Assembly (NCBI GenBank): GCA_001244265.2
Contig: LN717261.1
Span: forward strand, 3,177,591-3,241,590
Length of the DNA stretch: 64,000 bases
Reading direction: 5' to 3'
Source: Microbotryum violaceum
Taxonomy: Eukaryota
The translations under genes were made by a program, and so were the position numbers. Below the pieces are notes generated by a model. That model worked only from the letters and a program-made list of their open reading frames with translations, was not told where the DNA came from and ran no database searches. This document shows, one piece after another, positions 41,301 through 55,499 of the stretch. Within the stretch, counting starts at the first letter, position 1. Each line of letters starts with the position of its first letter.

Positions 41301-43948
41301 ATGCATTACCTGTCGGCGGCTCTCGGGAGTCCATTCGACACGGTCGCCGCTGCCACCGCCATCTGCTCGGACCGCCTGGCCTTTGAGGACGAGGTTGCGT
41401 CGTCTTGTTCGTCTTCGTCTTCGTCGTCTTCGGCTTCGTCGTCGAGTTCAGGCTCGCCAGCATCTTCCATGTCCCCGACCTTCTCCCACACGTCGTGCAG
41501 GGCCCAGGGCGCTTATGAGGATGAGCCCATGATCTCGCCCGCGGCGGCCGCACCCAGGGTGTCTCACCTCCCGAATCAACGCCCCCGGCGCGTGTCGCCG
41601 AAAGAGGCCCAGCCGCGCACCGCCGCCAGCGCTGCTGCCGCCCACGCCTCAGCTACCGGGCGCCGCGCCTCGACCGCCGCCATCGACTTCGACATTGACA
41701 GCAACGACGAGGACGATGATTTCTTCGGCACAACAAACCAACCGCCCGTCGCATCGACCTCGACTGGGCCTTCGCCTTCCTCTTCTTCCTCGTCGCCGAC
41801 ATCTTCTTCGTTCAACACGGGGAGGTCGTCCTCGCCGGCTTCGAGACCGAGCTCGAGCTCGCCCCCGGTCCACGAGCCGATTCTGCACCCCGAGCAGCTT
41901 CTCCAACCGCTCACACCTCCGCCCAACTCGTTCGCATCAGCTCAGGCCGCCATGGCGGCACAAAATTCGTCGCACTCACAGAATCTGATAGGCCACATGA
42001 TCGACAACTCGTCAAAGGGGTATCCGTCTCAGCTCGAGTTCATCTCGATTCTCGGCCTCGGCGCGTATGGCGTCGTCTACCTCGCTCGGGATGTCTTGGC
42101 TCAGCCGTCTGCATTCCCCTCTTCGAGAGCACATCCAGGACTTGGGAACCAGCCTTTGTACGCCGTCAAGTGCCTCAATAAACTCGGCCTCGATGAGCGC
42201 CAGCTCAAATTCCAGCGACGAGAGATTTTGCTGCATTCGCTCGCCTCGCCGCACGGGAACGTCGTCACGCTACACAATTACATCGTCGAAGAGAACTGCA
42301 TCTACGTCGTTCTGCAATTCTGCGAAGAGGGCGACCTTTTTGGGATGATCACGGAGCGACAGCGATACCTTGGCGACGACGAGCTCATCCGCAGCGTCTT
42401 CCTTCAAATCGTCGACGCCGTCGAATTCTGCCACCAAAACAGCATCTACCACCGCGATCTCAAGCCCGAGAACATCCTGTGTCTCGATGATGGGAAGAAG
42501 GTGGTACTTGCAGACTTTGGCTTGGCGACGCACGAAAAGACATCGGGCGACTTCGGCTGCGGCAGCACCTTTTACCTGAGTCCTGGTTAGTTTTTACATC
42601 CGCCTCCTGGAGGAAGTGTATTCCGTTCTAGTCAACTGACCCGGCTTGGCTTCGTCCCCTCTCCCCATGCTTCACAGAATGCCAAGGCGGTCTCTTCCAG
42701 CGACTGACATCGTACTCGACCCCCCACAATGACATCTGGTCACTGGGTGTCATCCTCGTCAACCTCACCTGCGGGCGCAACCCGTGGAAGCAGGCCTGCC
42801 CCTCGGATGAGACCTTCTGCGCCTACCTCGGCAATCCTGACTTCCTTCGCTCGATCTTGCCCATCTCGGAGCACACAAACCGCATCCTCAAGCGCATCTT
42901 TGCGTTAAACCCCAAGGCTCGCATCAACCTTAGGGATTTGCGCCGCGAGATTCTCAGCGTCAAGACATTTGTCATGACCGAAGAGGAGTTGCGCCACGCA
43001 ACCAAAGCGACCAAGGAGGCCGCGAGGGCATTCGCGCAAGGAATCGTCGACGAGGTGCTGGAGGAGGGGGCCGTGGAGGCTGAATATTGCGACGACCTCA
43101 TGTCGCAGGACCAAAGCATGGAGGAGGCCGTCAACCAGGGCGAAGACCTGCTGCTGCTGCAGTCGGCGATGGGTGAGTATAACGGAGACCGAGGCGACAT
43201 AGAATCAGAGGGCCTTTTACTCACTCGGAGCCGCTCGCCTTGCCTAAAAGATGTACTGCCAGCGACCCCAACCCAGCCCTTCCGCGCTGCACCCCTCATC
43301 ACCCCGCCTGCTACGCCCCGACGAGGCCATCGCCCTGCCGACATCACCCCCGTCTCGCACCAGGATGCGCTTAGAGCCTCGTACTCGCGAGGTTCCAGTG
43401 GAAGCGAAGAATCGTCCGACAGTTCCAATTCGGACGAGGAGGCGACTCCTCACCTCCGCCGCCGCCGCCGTCGCGATATCTTCCTTACCCCGCCATCGCA
43501 CTCTCGCAGCGTATTTGAATCGGTCGGACCGAGCCTCAACGACCCTCGCCCTCCTTCTCCTGTCACTCCGACGACTCACCGCCGCACGCGAGCCTCCAGG
43601 AACGCCTCTCCGCGCTCAGCGGCCGCTCGTCTCGCCAAAGTCACGGGCAGCGGACAGCGACGGCAGCGCAAGACCTCGTTCGATTCTTCGTCCTCTTCTT
43701 CGGGCGCGTCGGCTTCGCAGCCGCCGACGCCAACCGGACCCCCGGTCTACTCGCAAGCGCAACACTATGGCCGCGATGGGCAATACAGCAGCTTCGAAAG
43801 CAGCTACGTGCACCCCGCTGGCGTCGACGCCGCCAAGCAGCACCGCGAACTGCCGCCCGATGTCCTTACCGCCTACTACCCCGTATTCTCTGCTGGTGGG
43901 TCCTCATATCTCTCTCGCACATGCGACGAGTCCACGAGCCAGCACTGA
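41301..43948 (+). CDS. ran1: Ran1/Pat1 (Sks1/Vhs1)-family Ser/Thr protein kinase
   Basis: GLGAYGVVY, YAVKCL, REILLH, HRDLKPENIL, DFGLAT...DFGCGSTFYLSPEC, NDIWSLGVILVNLTCGRNPWKQA; GT-AG intron 42586-42677 restores the frame. Confidence 0.92.
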
Positions 43949-46900
43949 TTTTTTCCCTCTTACTCGTATAGATTGGCACGAAGCTGCGACCGAGCAAGCG
44001 AGTCACTATACCGTCACGCTCCCCCCACCCGTCTTGCTGCCGAGCTGCACCGAAAACGCCGACGGCACGCCTTTCGACTTCCCTCTTCCCCCTACCGGCC
44101 ACTACCATCGCGCACCCGCTCGTGCGGGTGAGATCCCTCGCGTGGAAATCTTCGAGACCTCTTACTAGAGAGACCGCTGGGCAATTTTCGCGGCAGCGGT
44201 CACGAAGAGCGAACCCCGGCGGCCGTGCCCCTCCTGCCTTGCCCCCCCCACCTCATACCCGTATCAAAATACAACCCCCCCCCCCCCCCCAACCTGGTGT
44301 CAAACACCCTAGAACAAGCCACACGACCTGTATTCCTCGCTCTACTCCGTCATTCGTATCGCATTCGGTGCTTATCTTTTCTCGCCGTCTAATACTGTAG
44401 GCTGCTCGTCCAATGAGCAAGCCCCCGATATCCACCGTCTCTGCCTCGCAACTGATACACCTTCCGTATAGCTTGTTGTTTCTATTAGTATTAGCGTAAC
44501 ATAATATGGAAAACCACGTATTGTGGTGAATTGGATATCTTACACCCCGAACGACACTGTCCTCGCCTCGTTCAGTTTTGGAGAGAGAAGAATGTTTAGC
44601 ATCTTGCGCTTGGTTTGTGCAGTGGTTGGGACTTGACATTGACAAGAAGGGGCTATTTGCTACGGTACCTCTCCGAATTTTTTAGTCAGTTTCCTTGTTC
44701 GAGATATATGCAGATTGTGAGGCATCGAGGCATATGTCCGATCAAGAGATCGGCAAGGTTCATGCGGCCGCGGATTCATTTTGCTCATTTTCTGGCGGCG
44801 CCGGCCGGCCGGCTGGCGAACGTAGCACGACTGAAGGTCTTTGCTTGTCATTCTTTGGAAGTACCGGGGCATGATTTGTTTCCTAGTTTCCTTGGGCACT
44901 CTCGTAATCAACGCCCTCGATCGTAGGATCGGAGGTCAGACTGCTCCGAGGCGCCGAGGCCGTTCCTTCCTTTTGGGCAGGCACGCCCTAGGCCTGAATT
45001 GTCGGTCGGCATTAAGGGGGCCGGCCATCTTGAATGTATGCGCACACATTGCATTCCGTCCGACCCGAATGGATCGCCCATTCTCATCGAGTTCTTCGCC
45101 AAGTTATCGTGGTCATTCGGTGTCGTTTTCGGGGATCACCTGGTTTGTTCTCGATCCCATCACAATTGGAAAATTCCGATCGCATTTTTTCACGGAGCAT
45201 GGGCTGCAAGTGTGATGATGGACAGCAGTCATGACTAGATCATCGCAAGCCAAGTCCGCCAGTGCGCCGACCCAAAGGGCCGGGCACAGCAACAGTTCAA
45301 GGGGAGCGTGCGAGCGAAGGCCCGTGCGCCCGCCCGATCACAAATGACTATCACGTGCCATTCACTCCCGGCTCGTCGGTCTCGATGGATCAGGATGCCT
45401 CGGTTTGCGTTCGCCTTATTAAAAGCTTTTGGGTCTTGCCGAGGACCAGGGACGTTGCACAGATGGTGGCAATTGAATTTAGATGAAGCGAGCCGGTTGG
45501 TAAGGGAACCACTGGCACACCGGCGAAAGGGTTGGGGAGCGAGGCCAAGTGGGGCGAGGGGAGGAGGGCAGGGTCGGTCCTGGTAGCCGATCACATGAGG
45601 GGCCAGATCGGGGGAGCATCGTGTATGCACCCCTGCGGAACGGCGCTTGCTAGTGGCGTTGCACCTAGGCGAAGGCAAAGGGTACCTGAGACCAGTTGCA
45701 GTAAAGACCAGATTTGAGCCCATCGTCCAAAAGGCCTCGGATGGATTGAAGCCAAGTTCGGTCAGAAATCGCTGATGAATAAAAGACCTAGGACGACATC
45801 CGCGGGCAGCAATTTTTATAGTAACCGGGCGAGCTGAAGCGAGCGCAACGGGTTAAACGTGGGTCCAAGCGGTCGAGAGGCAACAGCGCGTGGCTGCGTC
45901 TGATTTAGCCAAAGCTTTCGCCACGGGGCTCGCTAATCGTCGATCCGGCTGTCGGCCCCACGGCAGATCGGTCAGCTGACTGCCGCCCCACTCGACGCTA
46001 CCTGTCGCCACTACTACGCCACTTCAAGTTTGTGAAGCCCATCAGCTCTCATCTCGGCACCACAAATTGCACCGGATTTCTTTTCTACCAGAAAAAGGTG
46101 ACATCTACCCAGTACAGCCTGTTCCTACCTTGATGATCTGGCGGTTGCAAAGGTCAGCCCCACAAATCATGTCACGGTGCTGGCTCTTACCGTTGGCCAT
46201 GGCATGATCAGTTTATAGCAGGTTCCTGCAATCTAGACACAAATAAAACCGTTACTTCCTGAAGCGAAGATTCGACTGATGAACATGGGTGCCCACGGTG
46301 ATAAAGGTAACAACGTCTAGGACAGAAACTAGAAAAGAAAAAAAAGTCAGTCGGCAAATTATCCTGTTCTATTTCACTTATTATTAGTGACTTATAAATA
46401 ACCAAGAAGCTGGAGAAGACAGAGCTTACTGGCTAGGTGCGGCAGAAGTGTTCGTCAAGGCAAAAGGTTCCCGATCCTGGCGAAGAGTCGTTCAAGTGCA
46501 ACCTGTTGTCTCTGGGTTTCGGATCCAGCGAAGCTCACCTGCACGACTCGGAGTGTGAGCACGTTCTAGACTCTTCATCATTCTGTTTGGCCCTAACCAG
46601 AAGAATGCAAGCGTAATGCAGATGACAAGAATGATGTTTTGGTTTCGACTTCCTGCTCTGGCCGTTGACAAATTGAACCGGGACCTCGTTAGACTCGTCG
46701 ACTGTTTGCAGCCGTGCCATGCAGATCCCTTCCCGCACGAGTTGGCGGTCCCCAGACGCCCGTCGATCGAGGCTGGCCAGAACCGAGTTACTTCTAGTTC
46801 AGAACAGGGTCAATGAAAAATTTCGGACTGAAAAAAAAACAGAGTTCGTAGTTGTGTGTATGCAATGCCTTGCTTCTGGCTAGATTTAAAGTACCGCCAT

Positions 46901-47193
46901 GATCATTGCAGCCTGGCAACTCGCGAATCTCGATCCGTTCTGCCGTCCAATGCCTGCTCAAGATGACAAACCTGCTCTATGTTCCAAATAAAATATAAGC
47001 GGAACCTCCTATTGGGTTCTTTCGACAACTGTGCTGGAGCCGCGCAACACAACTCCATCGTAGTACTGTCCGCTGTCTATCTGTCACCACGCTGAGAGCC
47101 GCTGTCACGAATGGAAGCTCGCCACTCCGAGTTCGGCCTCTCAGCACTCTCGTCATCCGCGTGACCTCGGCCTTCCCGCGCCTCGGACCTCCT

Positions 47194-47393
47194 TGTAAGG
47201 CGCCGCTCCGCTTACGCCTCACGACGACCTCGAGCCAACCTCTGCGGCCTCACGCTTGCCCTCGCGCGCGGCGCCGCCGTGTCTCTTGACCTCAGTCCTT
47301 TTAGTAGTCTTTCTTCGCCTGCGAATACACCGCTTGATCCTTTCTGTTTGGATTCGGAATCAGTGAGGCTCGAGAGCATTCTCGTGCCTTTCA
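47194..47393 (+). mobile_element. Solo LTR (family A)
   Basis: TGTAAGG...CTTTCA; TSD CTCCT at 47189-47193 and 47394-47398. Confidence 0.92.
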
Positions 47394-49718
47394 CTCCTCT
47401 CCCCGCTTCGGCACCTGCACTCCTTTCTTCTCCAACTACACACTCACAACCCTCTCGCCCCCGACTCTTACGTGATCATCAACCGAGCTCTATTACGTGA
47501 TCCTCAGCCTCAACACTATTACGTGATCCTCGTGCCTCGCCTTCTCAAGCTCGCCACCTCATCCCCGACTCCTCTGGTCTAGTTCCCCTTTCCGTAGCTT
47601 ACTTCTCTCTTTCCTTTCTGCAACTCGAATCTCGTCAAAGGTCACATCCTTGCACTCGTCCCTCTTCCACGTCTCTCTTGAGAAGTCCCTAGAACCTCTC
47701 TCGACTTGTCCCTCGTCCCTCGCCCCCCGTCTCGAGCCCCTTCGTCCGGCTCATCCCTCCTATCTTTGTCCTTCGTGATAGCCGCAGGCCACCTACAAAA
47801 CCGTGGCGCCGAAAATGTAACCGTGCACTGCCACGTGGGAAGCGGGTTCGGTGTGATGACATCTTCTCTACGCGACGATCACAATACTATCACATGGGCC
47901 TCATCGGAGCCAACTCGCAAATGATCAATTTCGGTCTCGGAGTTGAGGCCCACTGCAGGGACACAAGAAGTGGTCCGCTTGATTGATCGCTGAGGGACAT
48001 TTCGGTGAGTCTACGGATTCGAAATCCAAGGGCCTAGAACTGGGCTACAATTCAAACGTTGTACTCTCTAAGTAATCAATTCCGACGACCCCAGAAATTA
48101 TGGTGTGTTCGTTTGGCTCACGTGCTCGTCGCCGAAGCTGAGGAGCGCGAAGCGTCCGAGGTTCCTCCGCAGTGGAACCAGTAGTCTGGCGCTGATCCTT
48201 CTTTTACACGGTCTAGAAAGCCCTGGGATAGGTCACAAATCTGGGCTTGAAGGAGTGCCATAAGTTCTGCCATGAATTATTCGGGTCCTGCTAATAATTA
48301 GCAATATGGAGGCGCCAGCTTTGCGGACCCAGACGCCGAAAGGAAGAGTTGGGCCGGACATGCGCGGAAGTTACTCTACAATCTGAGCATCAGCGCCTTT
48401 CTATCTCAGGAGCTTCAAACTATCCTCAATGGTCCTCTTCTTTTGATGGACTTCTGGGGCCGGGCGCGATGCTGCGACACCGCTCTCGGAGGCCACGGCC
48501 GCGAGGTCACATATAGGAGCTCTGATTCGGAGGTCCGCTCGCATATGTGGCTCTCCCCATGACATTCTGTCTCGTTAAAAGATCCAACCAATTAAAACTG
48601 ACGTTTCCATGATCGCAAGATCGCTCGCTGGGCTTGCTTAATTGGGGCGGACCGGTCTAAGCCCCTGAGACACTGCGTCGGCCTCTGTCCGCTCGAACGT
48701 CAGGTTTTGCACTTCAGACGCCGAGGGCGAGTGTGGACCCGTGCGCCTAGAACTTCGAGCAAGCACTAGCTGGGTCCCCTATCCCGCGTCCCCACACGCA
48801 ACTACCCTCCCTCCTCACGGCACGCAAGGTAAGCTCATGCTGCACTAAGCTCAACTAAGCCCTCCCTCTGATGGGCGTTGAGCTTAATGCTGCACTACCT
48901 TCCTCTTTGGGTCGCAGGCGCGCGAGACCGGCGGTGGGCTTTCCGGCAGCTCCGATTGAGCATGCCGTCAGCAGGTGGGATGGGCGGCCACGCTCTACAG
49001 TATGGTACAGCACTATGGTAGTGAAGGATGCACTGAGGCATACAGCTGAAACGGAATCTCGAGGCAACTTCCATGGCAGGCCGAAAATAAAGAACTTCTG
49101 GCCCCTGGGCCCCTCTCACTGCACTGTGGGTTCTCGAACTAGATGACACCGAGCCAATTCGCCCCGGCCCAGATATCGCTAGTTCGAGGTGTGCATGTGC
49201 ATATGTCATCGTCCCGGACGATACTAGGCTCTGTCAATTTGGATTTTTCTGGCGATGGGGCCATCTACACGGCCATCATGCACGACAGCAGCGCGTATTC
49301 TGGAAGTGGCTTTGTAAAGGCAAAACTTCCAAGTCAATATAAATGAAGCTAACCGGACACGCGCGGCCGCCGGCCTGCGGTGAACGCACCGGCGCCGCGC
49401 GCCCTCGATCACTGGGTCCAGCCGACTAGAACCGACCAGAACGACTTCTACCCGGACCCCATCCCCGACCGACGACCTCTGGTGCCTCGTCCCCTTCACG
49501 TCACCTTGACGACTCGGCCAGCTCCATTGCCCGTCTCTGTGACTCACGATCGTCCAGTCTACCGTGTTTTGAAGTAAACGAGCTTGCCCGGCGTCCGAGA
49601 CGTTCTCTTGGTCGCTCCCTCTCATTTGGGACGTCACGCCGCTCTAAGGCGCCAGCTGCCTCGACCGCTCTTCGCTCGCTCGTCAAGTGCTCATATCACA
49701 TCCCGGCCGGTGACCGCC

Positions 49719-52654
49719 ATGGCAACCGTCACCAGCATCAGGGCAGTCGAGCCGGCCTTTGATACTCACACCAACACGAACCAAAGTGAGTCCGCCTTCC
49801 ATCCCAAGTCCTTGATCGACTGAGTGAGCCAGCTGCGGAGGCAATTCGGCGCTCGCCGGCCCCCACGGGCTATCCTCGCCAAGTCCAGACCGGCCCCCAT
49901 TTAGGACCTGCGCCGTGGGGTGTGTGCTCTTCGGAGGCTCAGGTTCTGTCGCGGCTTATACCGCCTGTTCTCGTGTCCTGTTGCATTTCTTCCCTTTCTG
50001 TTGTCATTTTGGTCGATGTCATTCGAGGGCCATTGAGTGATCAGTTCCCAGAATAGCGACTGACCGTGACGACTTGTCCTCGGATCTCGCGCAGCCTCAT
50101 CGCCATTGTTCAAACCTTCGGCGCTCGGCCCCAAAAAGATTCATCATTCGCCCTCGTTCTCGTCGCCGCCTTCGCTAGGAGGCACCAAAAATGCCGGGGG
50201 ATCATTTCTTACACCCCTATCGGCGGATTCCAATAAGGGCTTGAATCGCAAGAACTCGGTCAGCCAGATCCCGCTGACCGCCGCGGCCGTCTCGTACCCG
50301 ACTATCGTGGCGCGCTCGGACGGGCATTCGAATTTTGTTCCCTGTGGTCCTGCACCGACCCCGACGTCAAAATCGAACTTGACCGGCAAGGATTTGCGAG
50401 AGAGCCTTTACACGCCAAAAGAGGACGACCCTTCTGGAGCAGTTATTCTTTCCGTGAAACGAGGATCCAAAACCCGACCAGCCCCGCTCAAAATCACGCC
50501 GAGCAACCACACCTTCCTCTCGCCGTTGTTCGAGAAGACGGGCATCTCGAACAAGCTCGGGTTTGGATCGGGAAAAGACGCCATGAGCTCGTCGTCAGAG
50601 CGAGTCACCCCACCACGGAGCTGGTCCTCTAGGAGGGCTTCCAGACTCGAGTCGAATGGCAGCGAGCCAAGAGCGACTTCTGCTGACGTGAGTCGACCGA
50701 AATCGCATCGCATTCGTGGGATCTTTTACGAAGCTCGCAACTGACTGAACCCATCCTACCCCACGATCGGAACGTGCAGAGGCCAACATCGGTCAGTTAT
50801 CCATATGCCGACGAAACACGAAGCACCGAGGCGATGCTTGCGCGGGCGATCGAGTCGCAAGGCGGCCAGGACCTTTCGCGCCAGAACGGCATTACGTACC
50901 CTTCCGGCAACACCCCCAACAGTGCACCTGCAGCGACAACCTCACCACGAGTTCCAGTGCACACGATTCCACCCCCATCAGCCGAACGGGTATCTGCACC
51001 GCAGTGGCCGCGGATACCCTCGATAGCCTTGCCGACCTCGGTCGTGACGCCTCCTCCACCTCCTTTGGAACTTCGGCGGCCGAGTGCTACTTTGCACCGT
51101 CGCTCGGCGTCGGCCGAGGAGTCGTCCCCCCAGCCGCTCCAACGCTCCACATTCGGGCTTCCGGAGCGGTCGCAGCTCGGGAGCCGACCCGTGACGTCCT
51201 ACGTGCCCTCGATCAGTGGTTCAGCCCCGTCACAGCACCCAATTTCGACCGAGACGTCTACGACATCGCATAAAGCAGCTCATCCGCCTTCAGTCTCGCC
51301 ACCTGTAAGCGCAACGGCAGAGCCCAACCAGTCGGCGGCCTTGCGAGGTGGTCGACGGTCCAGCTCGACGACGTCTTCTTCCGGGGGTTCGCTCTTAGGA
51401 ACCTACAACCAAGATCGTCGCGCTACGGTCCGAGTCGACGACTTTGCTTCGTCCAAACGACGTGGTAGCCCACCGCCTCCTGCGGGAACTTCTTCGTCTC
51501 GTCGACCTTCGACCGCGCACGCACCCCAGGTGCCGAGCGCGGAACATGTCAGCATTAGCCTTAAGGCGGCTACGCCCTCTGCTGCATCCCGCGAAATCGC
51601 ACAGCCAGCGCTGAGCAACGACGGCATCACCTTGCTTTTGACAAGTAATCACCGACCCGAGAACCTCGAGGTCGGATGGAGCTGCACGAGCGGCATCGGC
51701 GAAGATGGCGTGCCTTACTCCACGTACTCGCTGACGCTCAAACCCAAGGCGTTGGCGCCGGTCCGCCGCCGGTCTTCTGCTACTTCTGCGCGCAACATCC
51801 AGCCTGTCTCCCGCGCTGCTGCGGCACCCAACGACGTCGACTCGACTAAGGCGTCACTGTTCTCGTACAGGCTCAGCTCGGAATCGGCCTCCGACCGTTC
51901 ACCCTCTCAGAGCGGGCCTTCGGATCCTGGATCACCGAGATCGGCGCCGATCCCCAACAGCGCCAAGTTATCCGACGGTTCGGACTCTGTGCCCGCCCCT
52001 CAACTTTCCGCTGGCGGCGATGCAGCGAGTGCGATAGCGTTGGAGGCCCCGTGGCTCATCACACCTGCCGACGCCGTTCTGCAACGCCGCAACTCGGCCC
52101 ATCCCAAAGTGGCGCCGAGCCCTACGAAGCAGAGGTTCGACAAGTACCTTATGCAACAGAATGGGGCGGCTTGCGGTGCGTTGGGCCTCGGTTTCTCGTT
52201 TGGTCCTGCGTCTGTCCCTGCAGCCGCGGCGCAGACGATGACTCGTCCCTTTCTTGCGGACCGATCGCACTCGTCGTTCGAATCGGACCCTCGGACGCCG
52301 ACGCGCACACGTCCAAGTCACATCTCCTTCCCCGATCCTATGGGCACTCGGTCACGCCAAGATTCGATCTTCGTCGCTGGTATCCTAGGTGTCCCCGAGA
52401 ACGACGTTGACGAGTCGCTCAAGATGCTTAGTCAAATCCCCACGCCGAACCCTCAGGAGTCGTCCGAAGATTCGGAATACGACGACTCGGACGAAGAGGG
52501 AAAGATTTATGGTGTGACGAGGAAAGAGGAGAGGTTGGTCACGGCGAGGCAGAGGGTGAGGATGATGAGTAAATGGAGTGATACGGATGGGGATGAGGAG
52601 GAGGATGAGAACGAGATTGAGGCGAGTACGCCGGATTCAGTTGGGGAAGTGTAG
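49719..52654 (+). CDS. Hypothetical Ser/Pro-rich, largely disordered protein (~844 aa, 3 exons)
   Basis: Exons 49719-49785, 50095-50687 and 50780-52654 joined by GTGAGT...CAG introns in compatible phases; acidic C-terminus (SKWSDTD). Confidence 0.8.
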
Positions 52655-53064
52655 GGAGTGAAGCGCCGTCGCCGGTTGTCAAGGCGTGAAATTAGGATGA
52701 GGGGTTTGTGGTTGTTGATGTAGCTTGAAGTAGCTTTGCACTCCGCGTATATGTTGATGTTCTTACATTAACGTGTGTAGTTCCTGCCATTCATTCAGTT
52801 CTTGTATCGTCGCATCTGCTTATCAGCTTTCCGGTGGCTCGCGTGTCAGTTTACAATAGCCTCTTGCTGCTTTGCTCATTCGGAGGTCCATTCGTATTCA
52901 AGTGAGAGCCCGAGAGCCAGGGAGATGAATTTGAAAATCATATTTCACAGAACACAACTTTGTGAGGCTATGCAAAGATGAGACACGCTAGGAAGAAGGG
53001 CACGACCAGAGGAGAAGACTTTTTGAACTTGGGACAAAGCTGTCGGATCGCACTTTACCCTTCT

Positions 53065-54695
53065 TTAGTACCGGTAGCGCTCCCTGTCGTCGTAGCGTCG
53101 GTCTCGCGGGGGAACGGGAGGGTAATCGTCGCGCCTCCTATCGTCGTAACGACGCATCGGCTGGGCGTACGAGTCGTAACCTCCTCCACCACGACGATCA
53201 TCGTAGGCGCCGTAACCAGCAGGAGGGGGAGGGGGTCGGCGATCATCATGGTACGAACCACCACGGCCACCATATCCGCCTCCTCCTCCACCACCACCGT
53301 ATCCACTACGGTCGTAACCACGGTCGTAACCACGGTCGTAACCACGGTCGTAACCTCCTCCACCTCGGTCCGAGCCATACGCGCTACCTCGGGGAGGCAA
53401 TTCGTCGCGCTTGGGGGGTCCGTGGTATTGACCCGGGGTAGGGGTGCGCGCACGACCTCGGCGAGCGTGTTGGACGTTCATCGTGCGGCCCATGAGTTCG
53501 GTCGCGTTCAGGCCGGCGATGGCGGCGTCGGCCTCTTCGGGGGTTTCCATGGTGACGAAGGCGAAGCCGCGCGATTCCTTGGAGTGCGGGTCACGGACGA
53601 CTTGGCACTTGGCAATCTGTGAGGACAGAGTGGGTCAGGTCAAGGCTCGACGCCTATACGTTGCAATGGCGCGGCGAGACTTACTCGGCCGAACTTGGCG
53701 AAGACCTCATCAAGGTCGCGGTCCTCGACGCGGGTTGACAAGCCCGAGACATGCAAGTTGTTGCCCGGGTTGGTATCACCGCCGCCGTTGTGGGAAGGCC
53801 TACTGGGGCGGGGCAGAAGCGAGAGTCGGTTTGGGGTGCGGGTATTTCAAAAGAGAACACGAGGGATGGTGACGTACCTGGGACGCTCCTCTTGACGACG
53901 CTCGGGGGAGCGACTGCGCTCATCGCGCTGCTCGCGTCGGGGCGAGGGGGAGCGCTCGTCGTTGCGGAGTTCTGTCGTGAGCGTGAGGTGGAGGTATGAG
54001 GCGAAAAGGAGGATCAAGTGGGGGAGGTCGGAAGAGAAGCGTCAGTCGGTCGTGTGCGCGGGGGTCAATTGGGAGAGTAGTAGTGCGTGGCCAGTGCGTT
54101 GGCCAGTGCGTGGCCGGGGCCGAGGCTGGGGGTGGTGCAGGGGCGCTGGTACATGACTAGATCAAACGGCCGAGGGATCGATACATTCTTGTGAACCGAG
54201 ACGGCACGCTGCGAGCCGAGAGCGCCGGACATCCGTGGCAGACGACAAGGGGCGAGCGCCAGAAAGTGACTTGCGTCATACGGGGCCGGGCATGGCAATT
54301 GGCAGCTGGCGCGCTGGGCGACCAGGGCAGGCAGGCGACCAGGGCAGGCAGGCGACCAGGGCAGGCAGGCGAACAGGGCAGGCAGGCGACAGCGACAGGC
54401 GGGCGACCTTTAGTCGAGTACGGACAACCACGCAGCGAGAACCGAGGTCGACATCGACATCGACATATGCAGGCTCAGGAGCGACCACAAGGTGTGAGTG
54501 ACCGCGTCGTAATGACTAGCCGAGGGCGCAGGTGCGAGTGCGAGCGGTGTTTATCGCGCCAGTGCGAGGCGGTGCGGTGCATACAGCGGTCGATACCATG
54601 ACCGAGCATAGAGCTAAGGACAATGGTTGTGGGGGGACAAGCTCGGCTAGTGTGGCAGACGGTGGGGACGGTGGCTGACCTTGGGCATCGGCCAT
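53065..54695 (-). CDS. Transformer-2-like RRM/SR RNA-binding protein
   Basis: MADAQ then intron; RSPSPRR...RSRSP; NPGNNLHVSGLS...ESRGFAFVTM...ARRGRARTPTPGQY; (GYDR)n tail; GT-AG introns. Confidence 0.85.
54318..54400. repeat. 17-bp tandem repeat in intron 1 of the Tra2-like gene
   Basis: GCGACCAGGGCAGGCAG, about 4 copies. Confidence 0.85.
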
Positions 54696-55499
54696 GGTTG
54701 ATGTTGGGTTGGCGGCGTTTGCGTGGTGAGTGGGTAGCAGGAGCAGGAGCGCAAGCCAACGTGCGGCTGAGCGGGCGGCGCGCGTTACCATCGCTGTAAA
54801 ACCACCGAAAAAGTCTGCTTTGGAGCATTACAAACAGGTTGACCTGGCATCAACTCTGGCTGCGCATGCAGTCGCTATGCCCGCAGCACGCCTCAATAGT
54901 AGATATGTACCTTCTCAATAGTACTCATCAATCGCATCCGTCTACCTCTCGACTATACCACTGCATATAGCCCATACCGAACCCCGAAGCCTCGCTATGT
55001 CGTTGTAAGACGCGCGACTCAAAGTTCAATCATCATGCCACGATCGTCTGAGCCGTCCCTCTCGTGTGTACGTTCATTAGAACCGGTGATGGTATCAGGA
55101 TGTGGTAAATGAAATCGTTCTCTTGGAACTTACCGGAGTGAAGAATGCAGAGCGCATACGTGCTCCCCAAATTTGACGTGGCCGGGGATCAGTCCATTGG
55201 GTGGGCGCTACCTGAGCCTACATAATTCTCCTGTAATCGTGCAGGGTGTAGGAGCCAGCAGAACTGTATCTTCCACTCACTCCCCACCGGACATCGTAGT
55301 CTCAAGAACCGCCCTCGTTGCCGGCAGGAGTGCTGGGGAAAGACAGGTCGTGGTGGCGAGTGACACGAGACGGCGACACTTGCACACGTGCCGAAAGTCC
55401 AAAGAGAACTCATGTATTGTGGTAGAGCACAGTGTAAGCTCCAAGGTGATACAAGACGATAAGGTATGAAACGAGATTAGGGATCATTCATGCTGCCCA

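Noticed and set aside
43251-44168. 305-aa alternative-frame ORF and other long shadow ORFs over GC-rich genes and TEs
   Set aside because: They overlap well-supported CDSs in other frames or strands and have no domain features. A spliced 3' extension of the kinase to 44168 cannot be excluded.
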